From Haplodiscus bocki (taxonomy: Eukaryota): a stretch of 64,000 nucleotides of DNA. The notes under the pieces are model-generated. The model saw nothing but the letters and a program-made list of their open reading frames with translations. It was not told where the DNA came from and did not search any database. Numbering within the stretch: the stretch's first letter is position 1; each line of letters begins with the position of its first letter. This document shows positions 13,393 through 27,210 of the stretch, piece by piece. Both the position numbers and the translations under genes were made by a program. The stretch covers positions 134,044,001-134,108,000 of the forward strand of contig OZ296650.1 of NCBI GenBank assembly GCA_965655095.1. The letters are read 5' to 3'.

Positions 13393-14010
13393 AAAAATTC
13401 GTCATAACCGTCATTTGTTTCGGCACTTTGGCCAAAATTTTTTTATCGTCAAAAAATTATCTTTCAAGTTATGGAGTCAATTTCACAATGGAGCCGCTCC
13501 AGAACGCAAGTTATGTGCATCAATGTGGGAGATATGACGAAATGATCGATTTTCGGCATTTTTTTTCAAATTCGTTCCGTCATATCTCCACACTTATGAC
13601 GATTTGACAGAAAATTTTCGCATGCGTATAGGCCACAGTTAATGTGCTTCACACAAGAAGTTTCGGCCAAATGCGTATGGATACTGCTGGAGGTTGCAGA
13701 AAAAAACCGCAAAATTTTGCCAAAAATAGGAATCATTCCGTCATAAGTCCTTAAACAATTGACCTAGAATGATCTAACCGGAACCATTGTTCTTAGAATT
13801 GTAAAGTATGCCTGCATACAAAGTTTGAACCAAATCGTATGGGTGGGAGCTGAGATCGCTATTTCTACACCCCCGTTTCCACAGATGTAAAACACTAACT
13901 ACTAAAACGGCTCGGCAAAGGGGCCCCTCCCCCGCCTCGCAAAGGCCTGATATGGGGCAAAAACCCCTGACCACCCAGTGGAGGCAACGGTGCAAATTAC
14001 TAGAGGGCGG
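13393..14010 (+). repeat. Terminal module (~600 bp) with CGTCATA/TATGACG motifs and GC-rich hairpin end, unit 1
   Basis: Homologous to 30308-30915, 47336-47950 and 48378-48995. Ends GGGGCCCCTCCCCCGCCTCGC...GACCACCCAGTGGAGGC..CGGTG.AAATTACTAGAGGGCGG. Confidence 0.85.
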
Positions 14011-14749
14011 GATTTTTTCCATCCAACTTTTTTTTCTGCATCAATTCTAGTGAGTGGTCCGCAATTCTAATCTAAAATTCTCGTTATTTTAAACGGAAAC
14101 TGTTGTTTGTTCTTTTTTACGATACCTTTCTCCAGGCTGAAGATTTGCTCGCACAACGCAGATTCAACTGCTATATGCACAGTTTGTTTCACACCGTAAA
14201 TGTGCGTTTGCCTTGCAAAACCTATAGTTGTTTTTTTGTTTTTCTTTTAAGGTTCCTGACAGCAGCAATGAAGGATGGCAAACGTACTTTCTCATCGATT
14301 TTTTCCCAAAGTCAGCTCACAACTGTCAAGTTAGAAATTTTCCACTTTATCAGCTGCAGAGTTACAATATGACTAAACAGACCTACCCGTGACCGGTTTC
14401 CATAACAATGGACGGCTTCATTGGAGTTCCTTTCCATTTACTGAATCTACATTTTCTGAAGATATCAAATGATTCCGCAATGAGAGAAATTTCTGAAGCA
14501 TTTCTTGGTGGTTCTCGTTGCCTTTCTTTGTGCTTCAGAGGAACAATATAGGTGTTATGTGCTCCTCCACATCAGTTGATTTTTATAAAACATGAAAATG
14601 TACATTTAGGTGTTCTGTACTGGAAAAAATTCATGAATAAGAAGTTTTGCGCCAAAACATTTCATCCATTATGTAACTATAATATTCATAGACGTATGTA
14701 TAAAATGTACATAGACGTTTGATGCTTCCGGAAAATAACCAGATGAGAA

Positions 14750-15850
14750 GTTACAAGCCGTATTCATCACTGAATTAAGACAGTTGTCTTCATCATAATA
14801 TCGTCAAACATAAATTATGACAAGATAAAGGCCAACTTGATGACGGATCAGTAATATGAGGTCGATTGAATATATGACTTTCATTTATCGAGTCGTAAAA
14901 GTAGCGCTTTCATTCTGTACATTTTCAGCTTTTGTCAACATAAAACGTGGTTTGTGAAAGCAATTTTAACAATATGTGAAGGTAACGTATACAGTTAAAA
15001 CGTTGCTTCTTTACTCTTGATGTCTGTTTCGAGTGTTTCCGGTTTCAAAGACTTTATTCTTTTACATACTATTCGAAACTGCTCGCGTTTTACAAACACT
15101 TTTGTCCAAGTTTTTCGAGAGAACATATTTCATTGGTTCTGACGCATACATATCGGAATTTTACACTTTTTTCAAAGAAACTTTTGAATATTGTGTGAAA
15201 AAATGCCTCTCGTTGTCAGTGAAATTTATCCGCCAACAGCGAGTTTTGGGGACGTGTTTTTCCCGTTAAGTGTTGCCGGATTTAGTTTTTGGATAATGCG
15301 TTTTCATATCAAATCATAAACTCATTAACAACAACTCGACATTGCCAATTTCTGATCCCTCATTTGAACCCTCTGAAGTACACACTTTTCTTTTGTCATT
15401 CGATCATTTGAACTCTTCATTCTGTGAATCCTGACTCACTGAAGTCTCAACTGACTATGGTCTACATGTTTTGACTTCTGTCGATAAATTGTGGTAATTG
15501 TTTCGGGTGATTTACTTTACTGACGTTTCTCTGGGCGAAGAATGCTGGATAATGCTGGTAGAATCGTGGGCTGACTACTAGGTGTTCTTCCACAATTTCC
15601 AAATTTAAAACGCGAACTTCACTCTCATTATGACACACGATTTGTTAATGTGGTTCATGGAGCATGAGAGGCGTAAAAGATTTGAGAAGTATACAACATA
15701 ATCGTAACTTTAAAATCATCCCGATTGATGCCAAGGATGATTGGCATTGAACGAACAGTGTCAACGGGCTGCTCAAAGTTGAGCATGTCAATGGTTTTGC
15801 TACCCAGAAAATGTTTTCTTTACTTTTTACCTGTCTACCGCCTAAAAGCT
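14750..15850 (+). repeat. Diverged copy of window positions ~1-1100
   Basis: Collinear shared blocks such as attatgacaag.taaaggcca, tcctgactcactgaagtctcaactga, gctgactacta, caaagttgagcat. Confidence 0.8.
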
Positions 15851-17213
15851 ACAAAGTGTTAACATGCAAGTAGGCAGAGTCACATTACCTATATTTTTCT
15901 AACAAACTTGACAGTTTGCTCTTCATTTCATCGTGTTTTTATTAGTATTGAAAGTTCCTGATGTTCGTGTTGCCTGTGAGTTTCATTCTATTTTCCATGT
16001 GTTCAACCATGCAATCGTTTTTACCATTCTCGGAAGGAAAATCAAGACCGAATGATCATACCGAATTGACATCATATTATCGTTAGTTTTGACCATAAAA
16101 AAACGGCCTTTCCCAAAGATACTGTTTGGATTCGGACGTGTTTTGTAGAGATATTACGGAAAAAACATTGCGTGTGGAAAAAATTAATGAGGAAAACTAC
16201 TGCTTCAACATTCATAGCAAACTGTGTGTTACCTTTGGCGCTGAAGTACCACGCATGTGACTGTGCATCAACTTTGAAACGCACTTAAAACAAAACGACT
16301 TCTAATTACAATCTTTAGTTGTTGAAATGAAACTTTGAGAAGGTAAAATTGTTGTCATGATGTTTCGCCGCGAAAAAAGACTGCCCCTTGCCGTTTCTTG
16401 TTTCAAAGTTTCATAATTCCTATCTGTTTTATACGATTGTCAACATGAATGTTTTATTTTTAGCATGTTACATAATCGCCGTCGATATTATTGATTGAAT
16501 TTTTATTGATCAACCGCTGCTCCAGGCAATTCTTATCTCAAGTAAGTCACTTGGTTGTGACAGCTTCCAAAACCTCCGTTCCATGGAATGATTTTGGAGG
16601 CCAGGATTTTCCCAAGAAAGTGACGAGATTGGGAGAATCATTCAATCATAGTTACCTAAGTTGAAAGGTTTTTGGGTTTTCTACAAGAATATGTTTTTTT
16701 TTGTGGAGCGAATTTTCACCTGGTATCAAACTTCAGTCAAAGACTATGGGGCGTAACTTCAATTTTCCTCAATTCGTAGTAGAATCTGGGGAAAACTTTA
16801 TTTTTATTCCCTTTCTTTGCTGCTCACTTTTCATGATCTGTTTTTTAAAGTTGACTTGCAGCGCTGCTGAAGTGCACATTTTCCCAAACAGCTTAAGGAA
16901 TTCGTATGAGTTGCCTCAACACTAATGAGTTCTCAGTTGATTTTTCCAACTGAACATTGTTGGTTTCGAAGAACGATTGTGATGTGCATTGTAGTCTCTT
17001 TTACTGAGGATTGTGGAAAAAACTTGACAGAACTCGCCGTGTACACTACTAATTTACGGGAATCCGTAACATCGAGATGCGTTCCACTTGTATGGGAGAA
17101 CGGAAAATATTTTCGTAAATACGGTTTTTAAACAACACAAGATTCGCAATTAACGCTCATTACATCGCCGCCTCTCCAAGTAAATAACTGTTTGTTTTCA
17201 TTCTCTGATGAAT

Positions 17214-17251
17214 GCCTTGGTTTTGCTTCGTTAACTGCGCAAAACCAAGGC
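17214..17251. promoter_or_regulatory. 13-12-13 inverted repeat (unit 2)
   Basis: Perfect GCCTTGGTTTTGC-ttcgttaactgc-GCAAAACCAAGGC. Confidence 0.9.
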
Positions 17252-17449
17252 CCACATTGCATGTATTTTTCTGGATACTCCTTTTTTCGAATTAATTAGA
17301 AGCTACCGTTACTTGAACAGTTTGAAAGCCGAGCAAAACGATGTCATTTTGTACGTTGGTTCTATAATGGCGCCTACTCTTTACATTGTATTCACTATTA
17401 AAGATCAGTGATTGATAGACTTTTGAGCGAAGTTTGTTGTGAAAGAGTA

Positions 17450-20400
17450 ATGCCATCTGGCAAAAGTGATTTGAAAAGACGTCGCTGTGCAAAATGTGGA
17501 CGCTTCAGTGAACGTAATCACTCCTGTCCAAATACCAATGACAATTTTTCTTCAACCAGCGAACCATTAGGAATTTTGTACAGTATAGCTGATAGTAATT
17601 TACTGGTCTCCTCTGTTGATACCCTGCACATAGAATCAACGTTGAAAGCGTTGGGACTATCCTGTTCCCCAACAAGCGGCATAATTGTTAATAAAACTAA
17701 CATTCGCCTCACTTCTGTTCAACCCTCGCAGAGTCTTAAAATAACGGGTGATGGTAATTGTCTTTTCACTGCCCTGGGCGTAGCCATCGGTTTCTCTCAT
17801 GAAAGTGGTCATGATTTGAGGAAACTTATTGTAAGTAACATGGACTTGGTAACTTTTCCGGAAAACAGTTTGCAAACTTCAATCTATTCCGCTGAGTTCC
17901 CCAACCAGAACAAACTTATCACCGGCCCAACTGTCAACCACTACCTGCAGACATCGCGAATGGCAGAAATTGGAGTTTTTGGCACTTGTGTGGAAATTTA
18001 TACCTTTTGTCAAATTTTTAAATTGGACGTTTATGTATACCACAGTATTTTGAAAAGTTGGTTCGTTTACAAATGCGATTGCTCAAATGACAGACAAGGG
18101 GTTTTCATTCAACAAACGCGAACTGGAGATCACTTTGAGGTAATTAGTGGCTTGACCGAAACATACCACACTTCATCACTCCGATCAGAAGATTTTGCTG
18201 GCTCGAGTAGTCAGTGTGGAAATTCAGCAATGAATACTCAATGCCACGTAATGCAAACAACGCTTGCAGCAGTTGCTGAAACTGAGCCCTTGCGGAAGCG
18301 CAGACGGACTTCAGAATATCCAGTCGCGACATGTTTGATCGAAAATAGAGAAAGTGATACAGCTGTGACATCTTTTTGCTTGGCGGAAGCTGTTTGTGGT
18401 GAAGAAAATACTACAACGCAAAGTAGAGGCTGTCCTCCAACTGCTGTGGAACATCGACAACATCAATTTGACAGATTGCCTGGAGGCGAGTTGACTGATG
18501 AGATTTTCTTGGAATTAACTGCAAACTTTGTACCATCATCGAAATTGACTGAAGAATCAACCGTAGAGATTGAATCAAAATTGGCTGTGAAAGATACTGT
18601 CGATGCTGCCAACGTTTGTTGCAAGTGTATGCGTCAAGCCACAGTTTATTTTCCGTTCGACATTAAGGCCTACAGCAAAGTGGGATTGGTTAATAGAAAG
18701 TTCGGTAGGAAGCTGGAAAACGAAGTTGTACATCTGTGTTGTTCCTGTTACAACTATTGCACTGCACCAAAGGTTGACTGGCAAATGGCTTGGCCAGCTG
18801 TTTTTTTCACGCTCCTTTCTGATACTTCCAAGCCAGAAGCTTGTTTAGTCGCTATTTGCTCGTTGTTACCACTAGAAATAAGGCAACATTGGCTGGGAGT
18901 AATAACCCTTTTCCCTATCTGCATCCAGGGTGTTCTAAATCGGCCGCGTATTCTTGGCACATGCACTGTTGATGGAACACGGAGATTGAAACGTTTCGAG
19001 CAATTAATGAGAACAATGAGACAAAAAGAAATGGTTGAAGCTTTGGACCTTGAACCGTATCCAAACATACGTTGCCCTTTTGGTTGTTGGACGTTTATCG
19101 AAGATCCCGGGTACATACCAGCGCAGCATTTTATAAACTTGATAGACAAAACTTTCTCATCATTCCAAGCGTCTGCATTCAAGAAACTCAGAGGCGCTAG
19201 ACTCGACTTTTTGCGTCCTTTGATGTGCTTAGAGACGTTTCTAGTGGCAGCCACGGTCCGGTTACACAAGAAAGAAGGTTTGGTTGTGCAAACTTGTTCT
19301 GCGCATGACAGGGGATGTGCGCTACAGTTTTTGCATCCCCCCAGGCATCCGGAGCTGGGACGAATTCCAACTTTGTTTGAGGAACGATTAGCCATTGCAT
19401 CACCTTCATTGTCGTGTGTGAGTAGCTTAAAGGCTAATTATGCTAGCCACACCTATCAACTGTTTCGGAGCGTTGGGTCTTATAGTGGTATGAGTACTGT
19501 TTCGTTGAGACGTAAACGGCGTTGGAACATCACTAGCAACCGTTTGTTCCAGGCTGAAGGAACCGCCATGTTTTTCAGGTCAGATATTCCCATTTTAATT
19601 AGACAATGGGTTGCTCAAGGTAAATTGATTGAAGATGTCGCCACTGATCTCTCCCAATATCAGCCCAAAAAGGAAAAAATGACGGAGCATGTCGGCGTAG
19701 ATCTTGACACCTGCATTCGATTGACGAACGTGATCGACAAAAACGAACAAGAACTTTTGAGTAATGTGAAATTTCTTCAGTGCTACGCTTTGGCTCAACC
19801 AAACAATGAACATGGTTGCTCACCTCCTCCTCTGATCAATGATACTGGAGATACACTCTGGTATCTTCAAGCAGCATGCTGCATATCTCCAATTTTATGT
19901 TCATCCATGGCATCTGGCGTTAATCACGTTTTGGCAAAAAATTTGTTGTCACTCTTGCGGCACACATTTACTGGGTTTGCAAAAGAAAGCAAGTTGCAGC
20001 GTATTTCACAAGCTCAGGCTGACATTGACAATATATTGAATAACGCGGTGACTGATAATGACAACCCAAACATGATTTCAAACTTATTTCAGGCGGGTGG
20101 CGTGGTGTTGCACGCATTATGTGCTGACTTATGTCATCTGCAGTTGAGCCGAAGATCAGAACTGACTGACCAATTTGTGCGGGACGTAACTGTCGAAACG
20201 AAACACGTGATTGCTACAACAACTGATGTGAACAATCTGAGGAGCAAGGTCAACCCACCTCCCAACATCGTCCTATTTGATGTTCAATTTGAGCTTGTGG
20301 GATGTGGTTGTGGTTCTTGGGGAACAGATGCTGTAATTTTGCTTCGACATGCTGGTCGCTTCTGCAATTTTTGGCGTATACTGAAAGCTAACAAGTTTGC

Positions 20401-23400
20401 TGAACCTTTGTTGGACTCACCTGAGACCTTACTAGATAAAATTCTACGAGGCAACTGGACATTTTTAATCTACCGAGGAACTAACTCTAAAAAGGTGTCG
20501 ACTGTAAAGTGGCAATATCTCAGTAATTTAACCGGCCAAGGAGTTTTCATTTGTGACAAACATGATGTTCCGTTAACAAGGGACTTCCGACGTAGCAACT
20601 ACTTCTGTCGATGTGGAAGGTCATCATTCCTCAGATGTGCCTACTCAAAGTGCAACAGTTGTGTGTGTAAGAAACACTTCGACGAGGGAATGAAAAATCC
20701 GAACTTACGAGTTTTAGTTGGACCTATAGCCGAACAAAGACCAAACGCTGAAGCTGCAATCAATGCTACACAGTGTGAACTGACTTCCAACATAGCTAGT
20801 TTTTGTGAGCAGGACAAAAGCGTTGTTGAACGAGATTTATCCATCAACTGTTCAAGTCAAAACTCAAATTCATCAGTTGCTTCTCTTTTGTGCAACAACA
20901 TGAACGCAAACTCTATCAGCGAAAGTGAATTGGCGATGAATAATTTGAACGTGTGTTCGGGTGAAAGGCCCATTGTTGCTGTACAAAAGGATACTAGAGA
21001 AGAAGATTACATAATTCCCCTCCACATACTGTTGAATTCTCGATGCAACTTACTATACAGGAAAAAAAGTCATCCCATTTCCCTAACCGTTAAAGAGAAA
21101 CGTTTCATGGAAAACATAACAGCTTCCTCAACATCATCAACGCCTTTGCTTCAACCGGAAGGGCTGCTTTTTCCTACTATTTTCTGGTGCCAAAGTTCCG
21201 ATGGCAGCATTGAAGGAGCAATTCCAATATCCCTTTTCCAATCCGAGAAATACAACAAACAAGTGGGGTTTGCAGGTTTAGAAAACATGCTGCGAACTCG
21301 CATCACTGATGGGTCGCTTTTAACCTCTAGTCACGCATCATATCTTCAGTTCGTTTTTGACTGTCTTTTAAATTTGCAATTGAGTAAAACTGATATTCGA
21401 ATTGTGTTGAACAGAGGCTGGCAAGAATTGGGCAGTACGCCTACAAATTACCAGTACTATTCAGCTGAAACGTTCAAGTTCGATTGTGAAGAATCCCGAA
21501 AAAATGTCTGTGAAGTAGCAGCACTTATTAGAGATAAAAACCCCACTTATTTTGTTACATACACATGTGGGCAATCTACTCACCCTGGCTTGCGCAAAAT
21601 TTTCGCGGCTATTGACAAACTTTACCCGCCCGATATGACATCCAAAGAACTGAGATTATCTGTAATACAAAGTGAATTAATGCCTATGCTTAGATGTTGG
21701 CATCGAGCCTCACAGTATGTAATGCAATGGTTGAAATGTTCGGCCGAACAACCTTTGGGACCAATCTCTCACTTATGGATGAGATACGAGTGGCAAGATG
21801 AAACTTCGGCCTTTCCACACATCCATGCACTAGTGTGTACAGGAGAAAACAAGTTTGGTCCGGAAGTTCGTTCCCGAGTCTGCTGTTCAAAAGAAACATT
21901 CATGGGCGCCTTGAGTGACTGTTGTCCAGCGTTATCGGATAGCAAACGGTTCCGGTTGGGAGAACTTTTCCAAAAATACCAACGGCACGATTGTGGCAAG
22001 GGAAAAAATAGATGTAAAAAAAACTGATTGGTTAGGAAAACCAGTGTGTAGAGTGCCCAAATATCCTGCATCAGTTGGGTTCTCTTACAAGCAAATACAA
22101 CCAAATTACTCGAAGGAAACTTGGGACTTGTTGAGAGGCATGAAATTGTCCTATATTGACCCTAACTCTTCAACATACAAAGTTGAGGAAGAACTGAAAG
22201 CTGGAAAGCATCACTACCCTGCTGCTTACAACGAACACATGTCACCAACAAATGCAGCTTTGTTTGCTTTCACTGAAAGTAGTACGAACGTCCAAATTTG
22301 TGACGACGAAATGTGTTCACGCTACGTTGCAAAGTATGCTGCCGGTGTGGAAGGCCGGGCCTTCACAAAAATAGTAGCGTATGCTGGTGAGAATGAAGTG
22401 AAAGTCGAAACGGAACCAATTGTGAACGAAAAAATAGCCGGTGTCCAAACTAGCGTTACCAAAAAACGTCAAGATGATGATAAACGCAAATCTGTAGCAG
22501 GAAGAATTGTTAGTATAACTGAATGCTTGTGGTGGGCTTTGCAGTTGCCGTACGTTTGCACAAACGTAGATTTCATTCATGTACCAACAGTTCCCAAAGA
22601 GTTCAGATCTGGAATAGTGATAGAAAAGCAAATTGCGAGGACCATGAATTTCAGTGCTGTTTTTGCCGAAGCTGTTCGAATTCGGAAAAACGTTCTGAAG
22701 CTTCCAAAACATCGACAATTAACAAAAAATCAAGAATTGTTGTTGGCAGATGTCGAAGTAAGCTCAATTACGCCTGACAAAGTGACTATTTTTGGCCTTA
22801 GACCACCGGAGCTTTTGTTTGTCAGTAGTTTGAAAAGTTATTTCAGCTGGTTCGACAGATTCAAAATCAACAGTTCGAAAGGCAAAAGTAGTCATGAGAT
22901 TTTGTTGAGTCGTGCATCGTGTAATGACTTTTGGGTTGATTGCCTTGGATACGTTATCAAGATACGCCCACCCGCAATCTTTGATTTTATTGATTTCTGT
23001 TCAACGAGAAGTGGTAACCGGAGGGACGAATTTTTGAAAGAGGAGTGCCGCAAACACGTTCTCCCCAAATTGCAAGGAACCAACAGTTGCCCCAGACTAG
23101 TAGCGTACAATCTTTGTTTCTCAGATCAAAAAGCCATTGTGGTTTTCACTAATACTCTACCCAGTAGTCCTACAAAGTTCTTGTTGCATTTTGTGCTAAC
23201 TTTTGGTTAGTTTGACACCGAACTGGATATTCTTACTGTTTCCTCTCTCAGGGAAGATTTTGTAGCTGCCAAACTTGTGGAGCGTAACAAAATTACTGTA
23301 GCAGTTGTGCTTCAACTAGCTCGCCGCTACCTATTGCAACAGCTCAGCTTCGTGCCGGGATCCTCTAAACTCATTGACAAGTTTTTGTTGATGGCAAATA

Positions 23401-25529
23401 GCGTTCTAGGAGAGGCACTGTTAGAAAACAATTTGTATTTTGCATCCGGGGTACCAGCTGTTTTGGATCGCACTATCTCTGCCGACTCCGAATAAAATGT
23501 TGCTGTAGATTTGACAATCAGCAAGACTAGATTGGTGGAATTCTTACACACATGTCAAATGGGACTTCCAAGCGAAGAAAGTATGATAGATGCTTCCATA
23601 ACTGCACCCGTTGATTGGATACCCGACTTCGATAGACATCATAGCCAAACAGTGAAATCGTACTGTGAACAGAGTAAGATTTTGAAATATTTAGTTGAAA
23701 TCGTGGACTTGTACAGAGGAGGAACACAAAATTTCGTCAGACATCAAATCATCGCTGGGGCGCCAGGAACGGGAAAAACATTCATCATGTTGAGAGCTCT
23801 GAGTTATGCAATATGTCAAGGACTCAATTGCATGGTAACTTCGCTGGCGGCCGAAAGGTCGGCTGCTTTAGGTGGCAAGCATCTAAACGCTCTGATTCCT
23901 TTCCCGGTGGAGAAAAATGGAACTGTTAATTCTTTGTCTCGAGTAGCTTTGTCCAGTTTGCAGAAATCACCGGACAAAAGTCGGTTTCTCCAGAATTTGG
24001 ATGTATTGTTCGTTGAAGAAATTTCGATGATCTCTAGTGAGCTTTGGGCTGCGACGGACCGCGTTTTCCAAATCATTTGTTCGAACTACGTGCCATTTGC
24101 TGGCAAACTAATCATTGCAACAGGAGATTTTTTTCAACTTCCTCCTCCAAAAGGAAGTTGTCTGATCAGTTCTTCATTCCCTTTAACGACTTTTCATTTC
24201 AGTTTCCTCGAGCACTTTGTGCGTATGCAAAATGATACGGGTCAGAAAGTTTTGTCACTCATGTCAACTTTTCCCAGAACAACTGCCATCGGAAACCAAA
24301 TTTGGAATTTGATCGAGCGAAATTGCAATTTCGTAGAATGTTGGGATGACGTACCAAATGATACAATTCGAATTTTTGCTACTCGCAAAGCAGAAAGATA
24401 TGCGACGTTGAAGAAAATTAATCAGGTGAAAGACAGTGGTTCCCAGTTCCATGAAAGTTCATCAACAGATGAAATGTGTGTGTCAAGTACGGACAACTGG
24501 ATAGAAGCTTCGGGAGCTGCTACAAAGTTTTTAAACAAGAAATGTTTGGAGCCACAATCATTGTTTCTGTTTCCCGGAGCAATTCTTCGACTCACAGTAA
24601 ACAAGCCAAATGTGATGGCTTTCCAAGGACAACTGTGTGTTTTGGTTTCCCTGGACTCGTTCGCTGACAACGGAACAGTAACTGTTGCCTTGGCATCTGC
24701 TGGTTGCCGATCCATTCCACCACTCTCTGTAATACGAAGTACCTGGAGATGTATTGTCCTCGCAAAGGAAATCGGAGTGAACATTCGTCTAAACGACAGA
24801 ACTATTTGTCGCAGAATCCAATTCCCCCTCAAGTTGTACGTAGCGTCAACTATTCATAAAACTATGGGCGAAACACTCCCAACAGTTGCTACGCAGATTG
24901 TTGGAGCTCAAGAGTTTTCGCTTTGGTTGCCAGAGCAACTATTCGTAGTAATGAGTCGTGTTCGATCACTGACGGACATCACCTTCGTGGGATCGAAGCA
25001 GTCCAACGAAGGAGCCATCCTGAGTTTGCTCTGTAAAAAGTCACAGTGGTCGGAGCTGACTACCGAAATCCTCCAGAAGTGTTCTTCCCGTGACCCAACG
25101 ATCTTCCATGGTGCTACAAGCCCTTTTCCGTCAACCATCAGTATACCGCAGGAGAATGTTGGCTACTGTTATCTTATTCAGAGCCTCCCGCAAAACAACT
25201 TGTTATACATTGGTTCAACAATGTGCCTCAATCGACGAATTCGTGAACATAATGTTGGCTTGGGAGCTTCATTCACGCATGATCCCTCTCGAAGACCTTG
25301 GGTTTTGTGTGCTTACGTGACCGGCTTTCTTGCAAGCAGCTCAACGGAGAGAATAAGGTTTTTTGAAAAACAGTGGCTTGGGGCAGTCACTAAAGTGCTT
25401 AACTTGAGGAAGAAGAACATCTCCCTCCCGAATGCATTGTCAACAGCAGAAAACTTAATCATGAATTGGCCTCATAATGAAGATGTCTTGAAGTTGGTAA
25501 TTTGCTGTAATCAGCCCATATTGCATTAG
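17450..25529 (+). pseudogene. OTU-Rep-Pif1-GIY-YIG polyprotein, disrupted
   Basis: First ATG at 17450. Frameshift in A-run near 22016-22023; in-frame stops at 23208-23210 and 23493-23495. Motifs GDGNCLF, FPHIH, YVAKY, GAPGTGKT, CYLI..LYIGST..RRIREHN. Confidence 0.9.
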
Positions 25530-26445
25530 TACCTTAGAGAAACACTGAAAAACCACTTTTGAATTGCTTCGTCGACTGTGAAATGTGACGAAGTGAATGC
25601 CTTCTTACAAAAAAAACGTAAAGTTCATTATACAATCAACACATAAAATAAATTTTTAAACGTCCAACGTATAGTATATCTTCAATTGTTTCCGTTTGTT
25701 TCCAAAGTTGCACGTGTAAAGTTTCTAGTATGTGTGTTTTTGCTTTTTGCTGTGTTTAAGGAACGCTGAATTTGTTATTTCTCAATGTTTTACCTTTTAT
25801 TATTTACAACAATTCAATTGTTCGTTTTGTGATGTCTTTGAGAGTAGTCTGCCGAGTATTTAGCCAACATACTCTTTTCCTTTCGGTTCAATGTTTAAGT
25901 AAATTTAACATGAAACTTTCTCGACAATTTTTTTTGCGGAAAAGAATTTGCTGCAGTTTCAGCATGCATTTTTTAACGTTAAAATGGGTACATCAGGTGT
26001 TCATAAAGTGCCCCTTAACAATGAACGTTCCTTATTGCCCACTATATGTAATGTTGATTGATTACAAAATTTATTTTTTTCCAATTGCATTTTTCGCATT
26101 TGCTTATCTAACACTTTGTTTTGTGTATGCCATAACAACGATATACTCCCAGACAGTGTATGATAAAAGCCATGTACTTCGTCCTGTTTCGACCGCAAGG
26201 TGAAACACTTGGTAAAACGTTAGTGAAACTTCAATACCAAAAAGCAGACACTCAAACGAGCAAATATATATTTAGAGCTTCTGGAACAATGTTATTTTCA
26301 GCTTTTGCGTTTTATACTCCAATATAATGCTAATGACAGTTATCTTTTGTGTTCCATCATAGTGTACCTATGCTGTTGGAATCATTAATTGTCTGTTTTT
26401 TGTCGTCGCTCCCCGTCGTTGTTTTTTAACGTTCTGCAGATGTAA

Positions 26446-27210
26446 ATGAGACATCTTATCATAGCTGATTCTCTTGGGAGAAGACTTGTGAGGAAGCACG
26501 AAAAGCTGGAAGTGAAGTTTTTTCCTGGTGCCACGGCATGCTGCCGTCGGGTAATTGACTGTCTAAGAAACCTCACAACGTTTTATGAATCAATCATTCT
26601 GTTCATTGGGGGAAACGGACTTACGAGCCGGGGTAGACAACGGGGAAAGACTCCTGAGCAGGTGAGTAATTTGTCCAACATATTGTCAAATTGGATGCGA
26701 ATGAAAACATTTTAGGAAAATAGTGGTTCCAACAACAGGGTTCTTTGTCTATGAATTGATACGCAGGTGATATTTCCCTCCGAAAGCATTTTCCTACTAA
26801 CAAGCAGATCTTCAATTGGAACTAAAAGTAGTTTCTTTTTTTTTCTCCAAAATTTGAATAAAGTTTGACAAAACCAAACGAAACGCATGTTCAGCTCAAA
26901 AAATTTCGTTAACTCTTAGGTGGTTCGAGACATTATGTACCTCGTGCGTCTGGCCACTCCAATGTGTTACAGAGTATACTGTCTGGCTCTAGTCATGAGA
27001 TCCAAACCGTGCCTCCTAGATATCAAAATTGTGAACGATGGACTCAGAAACTCTTCCGGTCCATAAAATTTTGTGTCTGTGGCTAGCAAAATGAGCTCCG
27101 AGAGGAATTTGATGGATGGCGTGCATTTATCTCGTCACGGTGTTTCCAACTTGATGTACATTCTAGGGAAAAGAGTTTTGGGTACTGTACTACGTTTTTC
27201 TTACCAGTGA
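26446..27210 (+). pseudogene. Two-exon SGNH/GDSL hydrolase-like gene with premature stop
   Basis: Exon 1 26446-26661 (IIADSLG, FPGA, IGGN), intron 26662-26919 (GTGAGT..TTAG), exon 2 26920-27210 (DGVHL). TAA at 27064-27066 where unit 3 has Tyr. Confidence 0.8.

Larger units (their letters stand above)
1..14010 (+). mobile_element. Helitron-like element unit 1 (5' part outside window; defective polyprotein; lacks SGNH gene)
   Basis: Contains the OTU-Rep-Pif1-GIY-YIG gene, the 336-aa gene and the terminal module. Right boundary set where similarity among units ends (after ...AAATTACTAGAGGGCGG). Confidence 0.8.

Noticed and set aside
13999-14003. Canonical Helitron 3' CTAG terminus
   Set aside because: The other three copies have CCAG and conservation continues beyond it; no shared 5' TC start or subterminal inverted repeats were found.
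13911-14010. HDV-like ribozyme or tRNA in the GC-rich end
   Set aside because: Could not build the nested pseudoknot or a cloverleaf consistently across the four copies.
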